Assembly: GCF_004010195.1 (NCBI RefSeq)
Contig: NC_057757.1
Location: 8,018,458-8,082,457, forward strand
Length of the DNA: 64,000 nt
Direction: 5' to 3'
Origin: Chiloscyllium plagiosum
Taxonomy: Eukaryota
The position numbers and the translations under genes were made by a program. Positions 36,201 through 50,010 of this stretch are shown here, one piece after another (position 1 is the first letter of the stretch; each line of letters starts with the position of its first letter). The notes beneath the pieces are model-generated. The model did not search any database, was not told where the DNA came from, and saw nothing but the letters and a program-made list of their open reading frames with translations.

Positions 36201-36939
36201 TTGATCAATGCATATTATCCATTGGTGCCATACACCTTTTGGTATCTTACTGAAGCCTAGACAGTATCACTGGGCTATTATCTAATAGGGAGGCATCACA
36301 ACCAGGCAACATTCACCCTGTACCCAAGATCTACACTCATACAGTTTCTATTGAACATATAGAATATCTGAGAGCAGGAACTGTAGCTAAAACTCATCGC
36401 GTAACACTGGGGACAAATCTCTAGGATCACTTTACTCAGCAAAGAAGTGGGAGGTCATACAATCAATTTTGAACACGAAGTCTAGCTAATGACCTTCTCC
36501 ACTAGCATAATTCATCATAGCTCGACAAATGAATGGTGTGGTTGGGTCAGCAACATCCAAACAAAATACAAAACATGTAAACATGGAATAAAAGATCCTG
36601 AACACGACCTTAAATCAGATGCAAATTGACACATGTTCACATGAACAGACATTAGCCAAAAGCTTGCTCAAGGGGATAGATGTAAAGATGTATCTGGAAT
36701 TAGGGGGACTGAAGAATTTAGGAATCTTCAACAAACAGGAGCGACCCCAAAACCTTCAGAGGACACAAGGCCATCTCAGGGCAGGGGCTGGGCGCCAATC
36801 CTCACTCAAACACCCTGATCATCACTGTCCCCCACCCACACCTCCCCCACCCCCCGGGGGGGACACAAACCCCCCACCCCACCCCACGGGGGGACACAAA
36901 CCCCCACACACACCTCACCCACCCCCCGGGGGGACACTA

Positions 36940-37325
36940 ACCCCCACCCCCCGGGGGTGGTGCAGTAAAGGATCCCTCGCCGGGCCCGGGCCCTGTCCGT
37001 GTGGGTCCCCAGTCCCGGGGAAAGCTCCCTCTCTCCCGCCGCCTCCACCCCCTGGGCCCGGGCCCGGTCTCGGTCTGTCCCCGGGTGGGAGTCCCCGGGA
37101 TCCGGACACAGCAGGAGACGCTCCCGCGGACCACGACGGGATCGGGATCAGGCCCGGGGCCCCGGGCCCGGAGCGCGGGCCCTTACCTGGGTGTCCCCGG
37201 CTGGGCTGGGCTGGCCCCCGGCCTGGCCCCGGTCACGGTCCCGGTCCCGGTCCCGGTCGGTGTCGGTGAGTCTCTCAGAGCCGCTCCCGGGCTCGTGCGG
37301 ACCCGGATCCACTTCCGCCGGACGC
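36940..37325 (-). promoter_or_regulatory. CpG island with an ETS/GABP-like motif and a probable non-coding first exon (~37187-37320)
   Basis: Very GC- and CpG-rich. CGGAAGTG on the minus strand at ~37310-37317; consensus donor CAG|GTAAGG at 37187/37186; G-run-rich sequence downstream on the minus strand (36830-36960). Confidence 0.7.
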
Positions 37326-37478
37326 CCCTCCCCCAAGTCCCTCCTCCCTACCTTTTATCTTAGCCTGCTTGGCACACTCTCCTCATTCCTGAAGAAGGGC
37401 TCATGCCCGAAACGTCGATTCTCCTGCTCCTTGGATGCTGCCTGACCTGCTGCGCTTTTCCAGCAACACATTTTCAGC
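37322..37478 (+). mobile_element. Penelope terminal-repeat fragment with hammerhead core (CTGAAGA-agggctcatgccc-GAAAcGTC, ~37389-37416)
   Basis: Near-identical to 34987-35134. Confidence 0.85.
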
Positions 37479-38614
37479 CCTTTCTGTAAACCAAGCATTA
37501 ATTCTTCAAATTCTCGACATTGTCTAACTACCATCAAACCTTTTAATGTATTGCTCCATCCCACCAGAATCATCTTCTACCTGAAACATTCATCATTGTC
37601 CTTGTTAGACTTAGGATACGCGTCACAGATTAAACGTGTTTTTAGACTTAAAGGAATATTTCACAATGGTGTGGTTACATTTCCCTGAAAGTTCATTTTG
37701 AAGAAGTTTATTACTTGGCCCCTTCTTATTGCATAGTACTAGATCTAAAATAGCCAGTGCTCCGGTTAGTTCCTCAACATGTTTTTAGTCGGGGCCTAAC
37801 GTGGAACTGAGTCTGTTCACAACCTGGATCATAAATGTAGACTTTTATCTTCTTTCTTTATTGGAGAGCTTCCTTAATGCTGTTAGTGTCTGCATCCAGC
37901 TTCCTCAGGGATATACCTGTGTACAGATTAGTGCCTTTGCTTTTCTGTTTTCTGATTTGATTTATTGTAGTCACATGCACCTAAATACAGTGAAAAGCCT
38001 AGTTTTGTGAGCAGTACAGGCAGATCACAGCAAACAATGACATACCGATCAAAAGGTGTTTAGATAGAGTGAGTGTGTATTGATTGGGACCTCCCTATCT
38101 CCCCTTCCCCAACATATCTTGTGTCCATGTATCTTCTGTACGATTTAAATCACTCTCTTATAAAGAGGTGTGTATTACAAGTTTCCATCTGTCAGACGTG
38201 TTCATGCTCACAGAAGTTTCCTCTCCAAAGGGCTGCTATTGATAATCCTGGTTTTGGTCGTTTCCCTCACATTCCCTTTCTTGTTCCACTCAATGGTTCT
38301 GCTTACTCCCTTCATTCAAGGAAGTCCTCTTCAAGGCTAGTCCTTCATCTCCTCTGAACGCAGTCTTGTGGTTGCCCTCAATAAGTACATTCTGAGCATT
38401 TCTGCTCCTTCTAATAAACCTCCCTCATACGTTGCCAAGTTACAGCACGACTCTAACACACATCACCAGATTGGCCTGCATTCTCATACAGCTGAAACAA
38501 AGGTTACATGCAAAGTAACAGTCCTATTAAGCACGCTGTATACATTTGGCATTATTTACAGAGTAAGGGTTCCTCCATCAAGAACTCATAGAGGAAACAC
38601 AACCAAAGTTTAGC

Positions 38615-39550
38615 TGCACAGTTCTCTGAAAGTGGAGTCCCAGGTAGACAGGGCAGTGAAGAAGGCTTTGGGCACACTGGCCTTCATCAGTCAGGGCATT
38701 GAGTATTGATGTTGGGAAGTTATGTTGCAATTATACAGGATGTCAGTGAGGCTGCACGGGGACTATTGTGTACAGTTTTGGTCACCTTGCTATAGGAAGG
38801 ATGTTATTAAACTGGAAAGAGTGCAGAAGAAATTTACAAGGATGTTGCCAGGAAGCAAGGGACTGAGTTATAGGGAGAGGTTGGACAAGCTAGGACTTTT
38901 TTCTTTAAAGACTGAGGGGGTGATGTTATGAAGGTGTATAAGATCATGAGAGGCATGGATAAGGTGAACGCACTCAGTCTTTTTCCCAGGGTTGGGGAAT
39001 CGAGGACTAGAGGGCATCAGTTTAAGGTGAGAGGGGAAAGAATAAAAGGGAACCTGAGGGGGGGCAACGTTTTTACCCAGAGGGTGGTACGCAGATGGAA
39101 TGAGCTGCCAGGGGAAGTGGTTGAGGGGGGTACATCAACAACATTTAAAAGGCAGTTGGACAAGTACATGGAGAGGGAAGGATTAGAAGGGTATGGGTCG
39201 AGAGTGTGGCGCTGGAAAAGCACAGCAGGTCAGGCTGCATCTGAAGGGGCAGGAGAATCGACGTTTCGGGAAAAAGCCCTTCAACAGGAAGTGCTTGACA
39301 CAGAGGATGTCCTGATGAAGGGCTTTTGCTCAAAATGTCGACTCTCCTGCTTCTTGGATGCTGCCTGACCAGCTCTGCTTTTCCAGCACTCTCGACTCTA
39401 ATCTCCAGCATCTGCAGGCCTCACTTTCGCTGAGAAGGATATGGGCCAAGTGTAGGGAAATGGAGTTAGCAGGGATGGACATTTTGGTCAGCATGGACAG
39501 TTTGGGCTGAAGGGCCGGTCTCCATGCTTTGGGACCCAATGACTTTATGA
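38615..39550 (+). mobile_element. CR1 3' fragment with an inserted Penelope palindrome (~39200-39430)
   Basis: YCVQFWSPCYRKDVIKLERVQKKFTRM. Confidence 0.9.
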
Positions 39551-39999
39551 CTCCAAAAGTATAAATGGCATGGTGCTGTAGTGGCCACATCTCTGGGCAA
39601 AGGTGCTGAGGCAGAGGTTAGAATCCCTCCATGGTACATTGTGATAATTGAAACGCTGGGATTAACGGGGGAGCGAGGGCAGGTGCTGGTAACTATTGCT
39701 GATTGTCATTAAAAACCCCATGTGGTTAACAAACACCCTTTAGATAATCTGCTATCCTACCTTGTCTGGTTTACATGTGACACCAGACATGGTTGACCCT
39801 TAATAACCTCCCGGGTAAGAAGTGCAGGACGAGCTAGTGATGACCACAAACACTTGCTTTTGTTTTTTAAAAAAAAACACAGCATTCTTCAAAAAATGTT
39901 TGGATAGCTTCCTTCCTGTGACAAAGGTGACTGCATCAGGCATTTATTAGGAATGGGATAAGTTCCTTTGACTTTGCTTGTTCTTTTCTCCCTTTTAGG

Positions 40000-40955
40000 A
40001 TAGAACATAGAACATAGAACAGTACAGGCCCTTCAGCCCTCAATGTTGTGCCAGCCTTTTATCCCACTCTAAGATCAGACTAACCTCCATACCCTTCAGT
40101 TTACGATCATCCATGTGCCTACCCAAGAATTGCTTAAATGTCCCTAATGTATCTGACTCTACTCCCACGGCTGGCAGCGCATTCCACACACCCACCACTT
40201 TCTGTGTAAAGAACCTACCTCTGACATCTCCCCTAAAGTTTCCTCCAATTTTCTTAAAATTATACCTCCTTGCGATAGACATTTCCACCCTGTGAAAAAG
40301 TCTGGCTATCCATTCTGTCTTTGCCTCTCGATATCTTGTACCTCTTTACCAAGTCACCTCTCATCCTCCTTCACTCTAATGTGAAAAGCCCTAGCTCCTC
40401 AACCTTTCTTCATAGGACCTGCCCTCCAGTCCAGGCAGGATCCTGGGAAATCTCCTCTGCACCCTCTCTAAAGCTTCCACATTTTTCCTATAATGAGGCG
40501 AACAGAACTGAAAACAATATTCCAAATGTGGTCTAACCAGGGCTCTGTAGAGCTACAGCTTAACCTCATGGCTCTTAAACTCAATTCCCCTTGCTAATGA
40601 AAGCCAACACACTATACACCTTCTTAACAACCCTATCAACCTGGGTGGAAACTTTGAGGGATGTATGGATGTGGACCTCAAGATCCCTCTGTTCCTCCAC
40701 ACTGCCAAGAATCCTATCTTTAACCTTGGATTCTGCATTCAAATTTGACCTTCCAAAATGAATCACTTCACACTTTTCCAGGTTGAACCCCATCTGTCAC
40801 TTCTCAGCCCAGCTCTGCATCCTGTCAATGTCCCATCGCAACTTACAACAGCCCTCCACACTATGCACAACTCCACCAACCTTCGCATCATCGGCAAACT
40901 TACTAACCGGCCCTTCCAGTTCCTCATCCAAGTCGTCTATAAAAATCACAAAGCG
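40000..40955 (-). mobile_element. CR1 RT/3' fragment
   Basis: FIDDLDEE...SKFADDAKVGG. Confidence 0.9.
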
Positions 40956-41259
40956 TAGAGGATCTGAGGAGAGAATGTACTTCCCTAGACGGGTTTGAGA
41001 TTTATTATGTTCTTTGTCTCTCTGATGCGTGCGTGAGTCTATTTGCAGAAAGTGGACGTGGGATGATGTACTGATGTTAAAGCATCTCCAAACACCTGCC
41101 ACCTTCCTGTAACTATTTTTCTACAGTCAATGCACTTATGGTGTTCCTCAGTGCTTCCTTGCCTATTTTGTACACTGCCGAAACATCAGCTCAAAGCTCC
41201 TGAAAATAATTTTGCCGATTACCTTGCCCACTTCAAACATGGGATTTGCACACTCCTAA

Positions 41260-41590
41260 CAAGATAATGAGAGGCATAGATAGAGTCGATAGCCAGAGAC
41301 TATTTCCCAGGGCAGAAATGACTAACACGAGGGGTCATAGTTTTAAGCTGGTTGGAGGAAAGTATAGGGGGATGTCATAGGCGGGTTCTTTATACAGAGA
41401 GTTGTGAGAGCATGGAATGCGTTACCAGCAGCAGTTGTGGAGGCAGGGTCATTGGGGACATTTAAGAGACTCCTGGACATGCATATGGTCACAGAAATTT
41501 GAGGGTGCATACATGAGGATCAGTGGTCGGCACAACATCGTGGGCTGAAGGGCCTGTTCTGTGCTGTACTGTTCTAAGTTCTATGTTCTA
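41260..41590 (+). mobile_element. CR1 3' end (same subfamily as 15260-15580)
   Basis: Near reverse complement of that copy. Confidence 0.9.
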
Positions 41591-42324
41591 ACCTTCAAGT
41601 ACTCGTGAGACCCATCACTGAGCTGACAACATTATTCAAACCAGGGAACAGAACATACTAGTCTCTGATCATCATTCCAGCTATCAGTGAACCTTTACGT
41701 GCCACTTGACACTGAATCAACTCTTTGCTGTGATTGCCAAGGTAGGTGCAGCTACGTGGCATGTCAACCCCAAGCCAGGACGTGTTTCATGATTGGAATC
41801 AAGAGATGCTGGAGGTCACTGCGGGTCACTCAGCATCCACAGGGACAGGGCAAGCTAACGTTCCGAGTCTGGGTGACTCTTCGTCAAAGCTGACGTGAGG
41901 TGTGGAGGGGGCAGCATTGTTGCTGGGGAGGGTTTGGACGGCTGGGGGAGAAAGGATGTGTTTGACGCTGAGCAGGGTCAGAACCATGTATCTATGCTTC
42001 TAATAGCAGTGTCCTGTTGGGCCATTGGTGTCATAACAATTTGGTTGAGATTCAGTCAAAAATTGAATCGAATCGGATAAAGAGTATTCTTGCCGAACAA
42101 TTCCTATGTGGAAAGGGGAAAGACCAGTGTCCCAAAGTAACAATAATGCCAGCCCTCATGTAGAATGTCACAACATGGGCCTCTTATTTGAAACACTGCT
42201 ATCTGACGGTGGAAGCACACTGTCAACTGTGTACTTGTATCGTCATACCATCCCCCTTTGAAAGTTGCCCTTGGCTCTGCAAGTTAAATTATTTTAGATG
42301 TTTCAACCATTTCATGAGGCAATG

Positions 42325-43350
42325 ATGTCAAACAAGTGACCAGTGGAGTGCCACATGGATCGGTGCTGGGTCCACTACTTTTCATCGTTTTTTTAATAGT
42401 TTGGATGTGAACATAGGAGGTATAGTTAGTAAGTTTGCAGATGACACCAAAATTGGAGGTGTAGTGGACAGCGAAGAAGGTTACCTCAGATTACAACGGG
42501 ATGTTGATCAGATGGGCCAATGGGCTGAGAGGTGACAGATGGAGTTTAATTCAGATAAATGCGAGGTGTTGAATTTTGGGAAAGCAAATTTTAGCAGGAC
42601 TTATATACTTAATGGTAAGGTCCTAGGGAGTGTTGCTGAACAAAGAGACCGTTGAATTCAGGTTCATAGCTCCTTGAAAGTGGAGTTGCAGGTAGATAGG
42701 ATAGTGAAGAAGGTGTTTGGTATGCTTTCCTTTATTGGTCAGAGTATTGAATACAGGAGTTGGGAGGTCATGTTGCAGCTGTACAGGACGATGGTTAGAC
42801 CACTGTTGGAATATTGTGTGAAATTCTGGTCTCTTTTCTATCAGAAGGATGTTGTGAGACTTGCAAGGGATCAGAAAAGATTTACAAGGATGTTGCCAGG
42901 GTTGGAGGATTTGAGCTCTAGGAAGAGGCTGAACAGGCTGGGGCTGTTTTCCCTGGAGTATCGGAGGCTGAAAGGTGACCTTATGGAGATTTATAAAATT
43001 ATGAGAGGCATGGATAGGGTAAATAGACAAAATCTTTTCCCTGCAGTGAGGGAGTCCAGAACTAGAGGGCATAGGTTTATGGTGAGAGGGGAAAGATATA
43101 AAAGGGAGCTAAGGGGCAACTTTTTCATGCAGAGGGTGGTACGTGTATGGAATGAGCTGCCAGAGGAAGTGGTGGAGGCTGGTACAATTGCAGCATTTAA
43201 AAGGCATTTGGTTGGGTATATGAACAGAATGGGATTGGAGAGATATGGGCCAAGTGCTGGCACGTGGGACTAGATTGGGTTGGGATATCTGGTCGGCATG
43301 GACGGGTTGGACCGAAGGGTCTGTTTCCATGCTGTACATCTCTATGGTTC
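42325..43350 (+). mobile_element. CR1 ORF2 3' kilobase
   Basis: ORF 42674-43273 is the CR1 C-terminus, preceded by SKFADDTK; contains stops. Confidence 0.95.
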
Positions 43351-44875
43351 TAAATCCAGGGTGGCACAATGGCTCAGTGTTTAGCACTACTCCCTCACAG
43401 TGACAGGAACCTAGTATCGATTCTGAGGTGTCTAGCTGCGTGGATGCCTGTGTAGGTTTCCTCCCACAATCCCAAGATGTCCAAGCTTAGGTGGATTGGC
43501 TGTGCTACATTGTGCACTGGGTGGGTTAGCTGTGGGAAATCAGGATGCTCTTCAGAGGGTCGGCATGCACTTAGTGGGTGAATGGCCTGCTTCCACACTG
43601 TAAGGATTCTCTGTGACACAGTATCTGTGTTTTATGTAACAAAATCTTTAAAACTTGCCCCCAAAGAATTTTCAGGAATTAATGTGGCTCCTGCAACAAT
43701 TTGGCCATTTCCAGATGTACTTGCCAGCTGTGAGCTCAAACCCCATTTACTTTATCAAATGAGATGGACCGAGTGGTGATGGAATCCTTTCTGAACACTT
43801 GCACGTAGCAGTTGCAATGCCGTGGCCACAACACACTCAAAATAACCAGTCAAAGGTAAGGTTAATTTGATTACCAATATCTTCCGATCTCAATGAATGG
43901 ATTAGTGATGTATTGCCAGTGGAGTTGATACATCATTTATCCTCTTGAATGAGTGTCAGGAAAGGAGAGACATCAAACAGAACGTAGGCTAGTCTACTAA
44001 ACATCTGTACTTGGGGAATCACTGGTGCAGTTGTGGTCGTACATTGAGGCACCATGAAAGCATTCACACATGCGCAACATAGCTTATTGGAGGGGAAATC
44101 CTGTTGGTGGAAAAAATGTCTCTTAGGATGTAGCATGGAGAATCATTAGAAGTAATGTAATAGGATTTTGAGAAGGTATTTGAAAGTGTGCCACATTGAA
44201 GAGTAAGATAAGAGCTCATAATTTAGCTTATAACATATTACCCTAGAAAAAGGATTGGCAACCAAATAGAAAACTGAATCTGAACAAAAGGGTCACTTTC
44301 TGATGGAAAGTGTAAATTAGTGGGATGCCACAGAGTGTGTTTTGGGCCTCAACTACTTACTAACTAATTTAATCATTTGAGTGAATGGACTCAGCGTGTA
44401 TTCAAGCGAACCTGTTTACAATACAAAGATATCTGGGAAAGGAAGTTGTCAACAGCGCTCAGATAATCTCCAAGATGGCCGCCAATAAATCAAGGCAAAA
44501 TGGACAAAAAATATTAGTCAGGCTAAGGTTAATAGCAGGAGCCAGGAGAGATTTGTCCACCTTGATAGAAGGTTTAAGAAAGTTGCGTATCATTGGAGCG
44601 AAAAGAATGCTGTTATGGAAAATGACTCAGCAGGAAAATGGAACATTATCCTTTACTGAAATGGCAATGGAATACAAATTTAAGGAAATCGTGTTATTTC
44701 TGTGGAGACATGCCTCGATCTGCATGGAGTTCTATTCCCCATACTTATGTAGAAAAATATTTACATTGGAAATACTCCCCTACAGTGTGTTGCTGCTGAG
44801 ATAGGCATTCCAGGTTCAAGGTCCAGCTGAAGGCCTTAGTTGAGAGATTCATAGATACACACACGTCTACACCGA

Positions 44876-45369
44876 CAGATAGAAGATCCTTTATCTGAAA
44901 TGTTCGGGACCAGCTGTTTTTCGGAATTCGGAATTTTTTGGTTTACAGTATAACGACAGTTTAATGGTGACATTTTTAAAAGCCTTACCGAAGAAGCAGA
45001 CTTCGAACTAAGAACGTGCTTGGCCATGCTCCCCCCCATGTCACATCTGAGTGACAGGCATCGAGTGGGTGTCATCTTGGGGGCATTCACCACGCCTGTC
45101 GGTGCTTGGCCATACCCGCCTACACTTTTCATCTAAGTGACACGCATTGAGTGGGTGTCGTCTTGGAGGCGTTCACCATGCCTGTCGGTGCTTGGCCACG
45201 CCCGCCTACGCGTCACATCTAAGTGACACGCATCGAGTGGGTGTCAACTTGGGTTAACTGTTTGCTTGCCAAACAACCTTGTTAATGAGAAAAAAAATTC
45301 ACAAAAAAAAACCTTTGGATTTTGGAGCTTTTCGGTTTTTGGATGTTTGGATAAAGGATCTTCTATCTG
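44876..45369. mobile_element. Tc1/mariner (Tigger/pogo-like) MITE with internal tandem repeats
   Basis: TIRs CAGATAGAAGATCCTTTATC...GATAAAGGATCTTCTATCTG, TA on the right flank, and an internal ~90-bp unit repeated (45020-45245). Confidence 0.8.
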
Positions 45370-45379
45370 TACTACTAAA

Positions 45380-46070
45380 AGTGCGCTCATCCCAATTTCC
45401 TGCACTTGATCCATATCCTTGCATGTTATATTTGATGTACTCATCCAAATATCTTTAAAGGTTATGGGGTTTCCAGCCTTCACTATCTTTTCAGGCGGTG
45501 CATTTCAGATTCTCACCAGCCGCTGAGTAATAAAGGCTGTTTCCCAAATCCCCTCTGAATCTCCTGCCCCTTACCCTAAAACGATGCCCTCTTGTGAATG
45601 ACTCTTCAACCAAGGGGAACAGCTTCTCTCGATTCACCCTATCCAACCCCATCATAATCTTATACACCTCAAGCATGTCTCCCCCTCAGTCTTCTTTGCT
45701 CTAAAGAAAAAAATCCAAGCCTCTCTAGTCTCTCCTTATGGTTCACAACCTTTCCATTTCAGGCAGTGTCAACCTTCTATGGACATGCCAATTCTGAATC
45801 CACATGGCCAACTCATCGTGGATTCCTTGCATCTTAATCTTCTGGATGAGCCTAACATGAGAGACCTTGACGAAAGCCTTACTATAATCCAGGTAGACAA
45901 CATGCACTGCTCTACCCTCATTGATCATCTTCATCACCTCCTCAAACAATTCAATCAAGTCAGTAAGACATGACCTTCCCCGCACAAAGCCATGCTGACT
46001 GTCCCTAATTAGGCCATGCTTTTCCAAATTCCAATTCCTATCCTTAAGAATTCCCTCCAACAGCTTCCCA
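45380..46070 (-). mobile_element. CR1 fragments
   Basis: SQHGFVRGRSCLTDLIE. Confidence 0.85.
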
Positions 46071-46269
46071 AGATATCGATAGATTTCTGTTTTCAGTGGT
46101 TTACAGGATTATGGGGATGTAGTTGTAAAAAAAGTATTGAATTGTTCAGCCAGATGTAATTATACTGAATGGTGGGATCAACGTGATGGACTGAATGGCC
46201 TACTCCTGTTCTTAAGCTCTTTCCCAGGTTGGTCTTCCCTCACTCAGGGTATCTAAGGTAAAACTCGGT

Positions 46270-47321
46270 TCAAAACAATGGAAGGGCCCAGCACATCAGG
46301 ACAAAAGGTAAGGCTGAAGCTTTCACAGCGATCTTCAGCCAGAGGTGCTGAATGGATGATCCATCTCGGCCTCCTCCAGTGGTCCCCAGCATCACAGATA
46401 CCAGTCTCCAGCCAATTTGATTCACTCCACATTATATCAGGGAAAGGTTGGTTACTGCAAAGGCTACGGGGCATGAGAACATTCTGGAAACAGTCCTGAA
46501 GGCTTGTGCTCCAGAACCTGCCACTCCCCTAACCAAGCTGTTCCAGTACAGTTACAACATTGGCATCTACCCGACAATATGGAACATTGCCCAGGTATGT
46601 CCTGTCCACAAAGCGCAGAACAAATCCAATTACCGCCCCATCAGTCTAATCTCGAGCAATGAAAGGGGTCATTAACAGCGCTCTCAAGCAGTACCTGCTC
46701 AGCAATAACCTGCTCAGTGACGCCCAGTTTGGGTTCTGCCAGGGCCACTCAGCTCCTGACCTCATTACAGCCTTGGTTCAAACATGGACAAAAGAGCTGA
46801 ATTCCAGAGGGGATTGGAGAGGGACTGCCCTTGGCATCAAGGGTGCAGTCGACCGAGTGTGACATCAAAGAGCCCTGGCAAAACTGGAATTAATGGGGAA
46901 ACTCTCTGCTGGTTGGAGTCACATAGGAAGATGGTTGTGGTTGTTGGAGGTCAGTCATCTCAGCTCCAAGGCACCTCTGCAGGAGTTCCTCAGGGTAGTG
47001 TCCTAGGCCCAATCACCTTCAGCTCCCTCATCAATGACCTTCCCTCCATCATAAGGTCCGAAGTGGGGATGGTCACCAATGATTGCATAATGTTCAGCAC
47101 TATTCACAACTCCTCAGGTATTGAAGCAGTCCATGTTCAAATGCAACAAGATCTGGACAATATCCTGGTTTTGTGTGGTAAGTGGCAAGTAACATGCACG
47201 CCACACAAATGCCAGGCTAAAACCATCACCAATAAGAGACAATCTAACCTCAACCCCGTGACACTCAAGGGCATTAACATCACTGAATCTCACACGATCA
47301 ACATCCTGGGGGTTACCACTG
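46270..47321 (+). mobile_element. CR1/L2-clade LINE RT region, frameshifted
   Basis: NYRPISL, QFGF and [10 protein letters not shown] motifs. Confidence 0.85.
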
Positions 47322-47821
47322 NNNNNNNNNNNNNNNNNNNNNNNNNNNNNNNNNNNNNNNNNNNNNNNNNNNNNNNNNNNNNNNNNNNNNNNNNNNNNNN
47401 NNNNNNNNNNNNNNNNNNNNNNNNNNNNNNNNNNNNNNNNNNNNNNNNNNNNNNNNNNNNNNNNNNNNNNNNNNNNNNNNNNNNNNNNNNNNNNNNNNNN
47501 NNNNNNNNNNNNNNNNNNNNNNNNNNNNNNNNNNNNNNNNNNNNNNNNNNNNNNNNNNNNNNNNNNNNNNNNNNNNNNNNNNNNNNNNNNNNNNNNNNNN
47601 NNNNNNNNNNNNNNNNNNNNNNNNNNNNNNNNNNNNNNNNNNNNNNNNNNNNNNNNNNNNNNNNNNNNNNNNNNNNNNNNNNNNNNNNNNNNNNNNNNNN
47701 NNNNNNNNNNNNNNNNNNNNNNNNNNNNNNNNNNNNNNNNNNNNNNNNNNNNNNNNNNNNNNNNNNNNNNNNNNNNNNNNNNNNNNNNNNNNNNNNNNNN
47801 NNNNNNNNNNNNNNNNNNNNN
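47322..47821. other. Assembly gap (500 N)
   Basis: N run. Confidence 1.
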
Positions 47822-49483
47822 GGCATTGGTCAGGGGTAGATGTCAAGTAATTGGGTAAGGGAATGGGTCTGGGTGGGATACGTTTTAGCGGGTCAGTGTG
47901 GACTTGTTGGGCCAAATGGCCCGTTTCCACAATGCAGGGATTCGACAATGATTCTGAATCCCCTGCTGTCAAAATCCTGGGAGTTATCATTGATTAGAAA
48001 CTCAACTGGACTCACCATAGAAATCCAACGGCTACAAGAGCAGACCAGAAGCTAGCAATACTCTATGACTCTATTATGGTGTATAATCAATGACCCCATT
48101 CAAAATGAGCATTTCTGTGATGTAACGGATGACTGAATGTGAGGGTGAGCTTATCTGATGAACACTTACTGCCAGGACTTAAGGTTTCAAAGAAAAAATA
48201 CACTCAATAGGCTTTAATAATTGACAGCCAGATTTGATGGCAGGCTGTTGGCTAACATTTAAAACGTGCACATTGGCATGAACTGCTCGCTGTCCTTTTG
48301 CTAAAGTATTTCAGAACTGACCTTTCACTCACTCTCTTTATTCCTGTGCTGCAGGCATATGTCCAGGTTTGCTGTTAAAGATGTTATTACCTCTGCCATT
48401 ACCACACCCATCCCCCGCCCCCGGCAAATTCATGTTGCAACAATTTTGCCCTCACTTCCTTCATGACAACCACCAGCAGGAAGATGGTCCATGCTCTTGT
48501 TCTATCAATGAAAGCCACTGATAATTTTAACACTCTCTGTTGTATCTCTTCGTAATGTCTCGGTTAATCTCGGCTCTATTCTCTGCAGCTGGATCCTCAG
48601 CCTCCTGATCCACAGGCCTAGGTTAAATGCTCAGCTTCCACACTGTAGGGATTCCATGATTAGTTGATGGAATGGAAATAAGGAAGAAGCAAATATTCTG
48701 TCCTTCACGTCAATGCCTGCTCTTTTCAAGAAAGTCATAATCAACTGATGACAGCTGCCTGATGAAGGAGCAGCGCTCCGAAAGCTTCCAAATCAACCTG
48801 TTGGACTATAACCTGGTGTTCTGCCATGACAAATCTATAGCTCTACCAGGATAGCAGACATTGCATATCAGACCATAAACAGTTGTTTCACAAAATAATG
48901 TCAACTCTGGTTCCTAAACTATCCATATCTAGACGCATACATATATCAACAGCCACTGCATGACTGGCTTCCTGTCAATTTTACCAAGGCCTCCCGGTGT
49001 AATGTGTCCCAAGCATTGATGATTTTCTTTACCTCCTCATCTCAACGATCGCTTCCATCAGGAAAACCGCTCCAGCTTACAGAGACAGCTTTGACTGGGA
49101 GCTGTTTTCATCAGGTCTCCAATGTTTTACATCTCTTTGGAACAGGGTGAATGTGTAAGCTCCACACAGGGTCTCTGGCGCTGTGAGGCAGCGGTGGTAG
49201 CTGGTGAACCACCACTTTCACATTGCTTTGTGTTAACTTTTTACTCCTCACCTGTCTCCACATACTGCTAGTCAATCAATATTCTCTTAATGGTATAGGT
49301 AACAGACTCCTGTAACAGTACAGAAGGGGCCATTCAGCCTGCAGGTCCATGATGGCTCTCTGTGGACTTATATAATCAGTTCCATTCCTCTGCCATGACT
49401 ATAATGTTGAGGGTCTATCATCCTTATAGCCTCCTAATTTCAATTTGAAACTATCGTCTGCCTTGGGTACAAGCCACTCAGCA

Positions 49484-50010
49484 CAATTGGTTCTGCTATA
49501 ACATGTGTTTCTTCAATGCGAATTGGCTATAAGGTTAGATTCCCTACAGTGTGGAAACAGGCCCTTCAGCCCAACAAGTTTACACTGACACTCCAAAGAG
49601 TAACCCACCAGACGCATTTCCCTCCAACTAATGCACCTAACACTATGGGCAATTTAGTATGGTCAATTCACCCTCACATCTTTGGAGTGTGGGAAGAGAC
49701 CGGAGCACCCGGAGGAAACCCACGCAGACACAGGGAGAATGTGCAAACTCCACACAGACAGTTAACCGAGGCTGGGATCGAACCTGGGACCGTGGTGCTG
49801 TGAGGCAGCAGTGCTAACCACTGAGCCACCAAACCACCCATGTGACGGAAGACTGTAAACCGTTATTTGTAGAGCGTGAGCTTTCCTCACCTGTATTGGT
49901 GACAACATGATTCTAGCCTGATTGCCTCACATGGCACTGATATTATGCGATTTTCTTATAACGCAGGATCGCACGGGAACGGAACTATCGCGTCATATTG
50001 GAACTGACTG
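49484..50010. mobile_element. Diverged MITE-like DNA element with a nested SINE (-, ~49535-49840)
   Basis: Degenerate inverted termini caattggttctgctataac / gtcatattggaactgactg+ta. Confidence 0.5.

Noticed and set aside
36436..36518. C/D-box-like spacing (ATGATGA...CTGA, 83 nt, minus strand) in the intron after the CpG exon
   Set aside because: No convincing terminal stem and no guide sequence I can match to rRNA or snRNA. A snoscan or Rfam search would be needed.
36619..37445. Pro/Gly-rich ORFs and a plus-strand donor (GTGAGT at 37266) in the CpG island
   Set aside because: Open frames are expected in GC-rich DNA. G-skew, ETS motif orientation and the stronger donor favour a minus-strand non-coding exon.
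46784..47990. Long ORFs of 178-351 aa
   Set aside because: Artefacts of translating through the 500-N gap, plus LINE RT debris.
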